A DNA stretch of 64,000 nt from NCBI GenBank assembly GCA_963693365.1, contig CAVNZM010000005.1:6699888-6763887 (forward strand). Reading direction: 5' to 3'. Of this stretch, positions 63,899 through 64,000 are shown in pieces. Within the stretch, counting starts at the first letter, position 1. Each line of letters opens with the position of its first letter. This DNA is from Amoebidium appalachense. Taxonomy: Eukaryota; Protista; Ichthyosporea. The notes under the pieces were generated by a model. That model saw only the letters and a program-made list of their open reading frames with translations, had not been told where the DNA came from and searched no databases. Made by a program: the position numbers and the translations under genes.

Positions 63899-64000
63899 GT
63901 GTGTGCGTGTGTGTCTGTTGGATGTGTACGTGTGTGTGGGGGGGGGGGGGGGGAGGGGGGAGGGGGGGAGAAAGGGATGGGTGTGGGGGAACGGGGGTAT

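Overview
Eukaryotic genomic DNA with spliceosomal introns full of (CA)n/(GT)n and poly-C/G tracts; a unicellular holozoan such as an ichthyosporean is my inference. Most of 9.3-43.4 kb is one deeply nested transposon cluster. The outer shell is an old non-coding minus-strand LTR element (9269-43361). It hosts a PIF/Harbinger transposon with an intron-containing transposase, a solo Ngaro terminal repeat, a chromodomain Gypsy element whose gag and pol are separated by an in-frame UGA-CGG stop, a full Ngaro (tyrosine-recombinase) retroelement, and a non-autonomous Helitron. The Helitron carries a decayed gene and itself contains a full-length Copia and a second Ngaro. Outside the nest are a solo Copia LTR, a hAT-type MITE, a ~450-bp inverted repeat pair 42 kb apart, exons of a complex I NDUFB4/B15-like gene, an EGF/mucin-like pseudogene, degenerate thrombospondin-1 repeat exons, an intronless secreted trypsin-like protease and the first two exons of cytosolic asparaginyl-tRNA synthetase. 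All calls come from reading the sequence and ORF track by eye. No searches were run, and homopolymer lengths may be unreliable.
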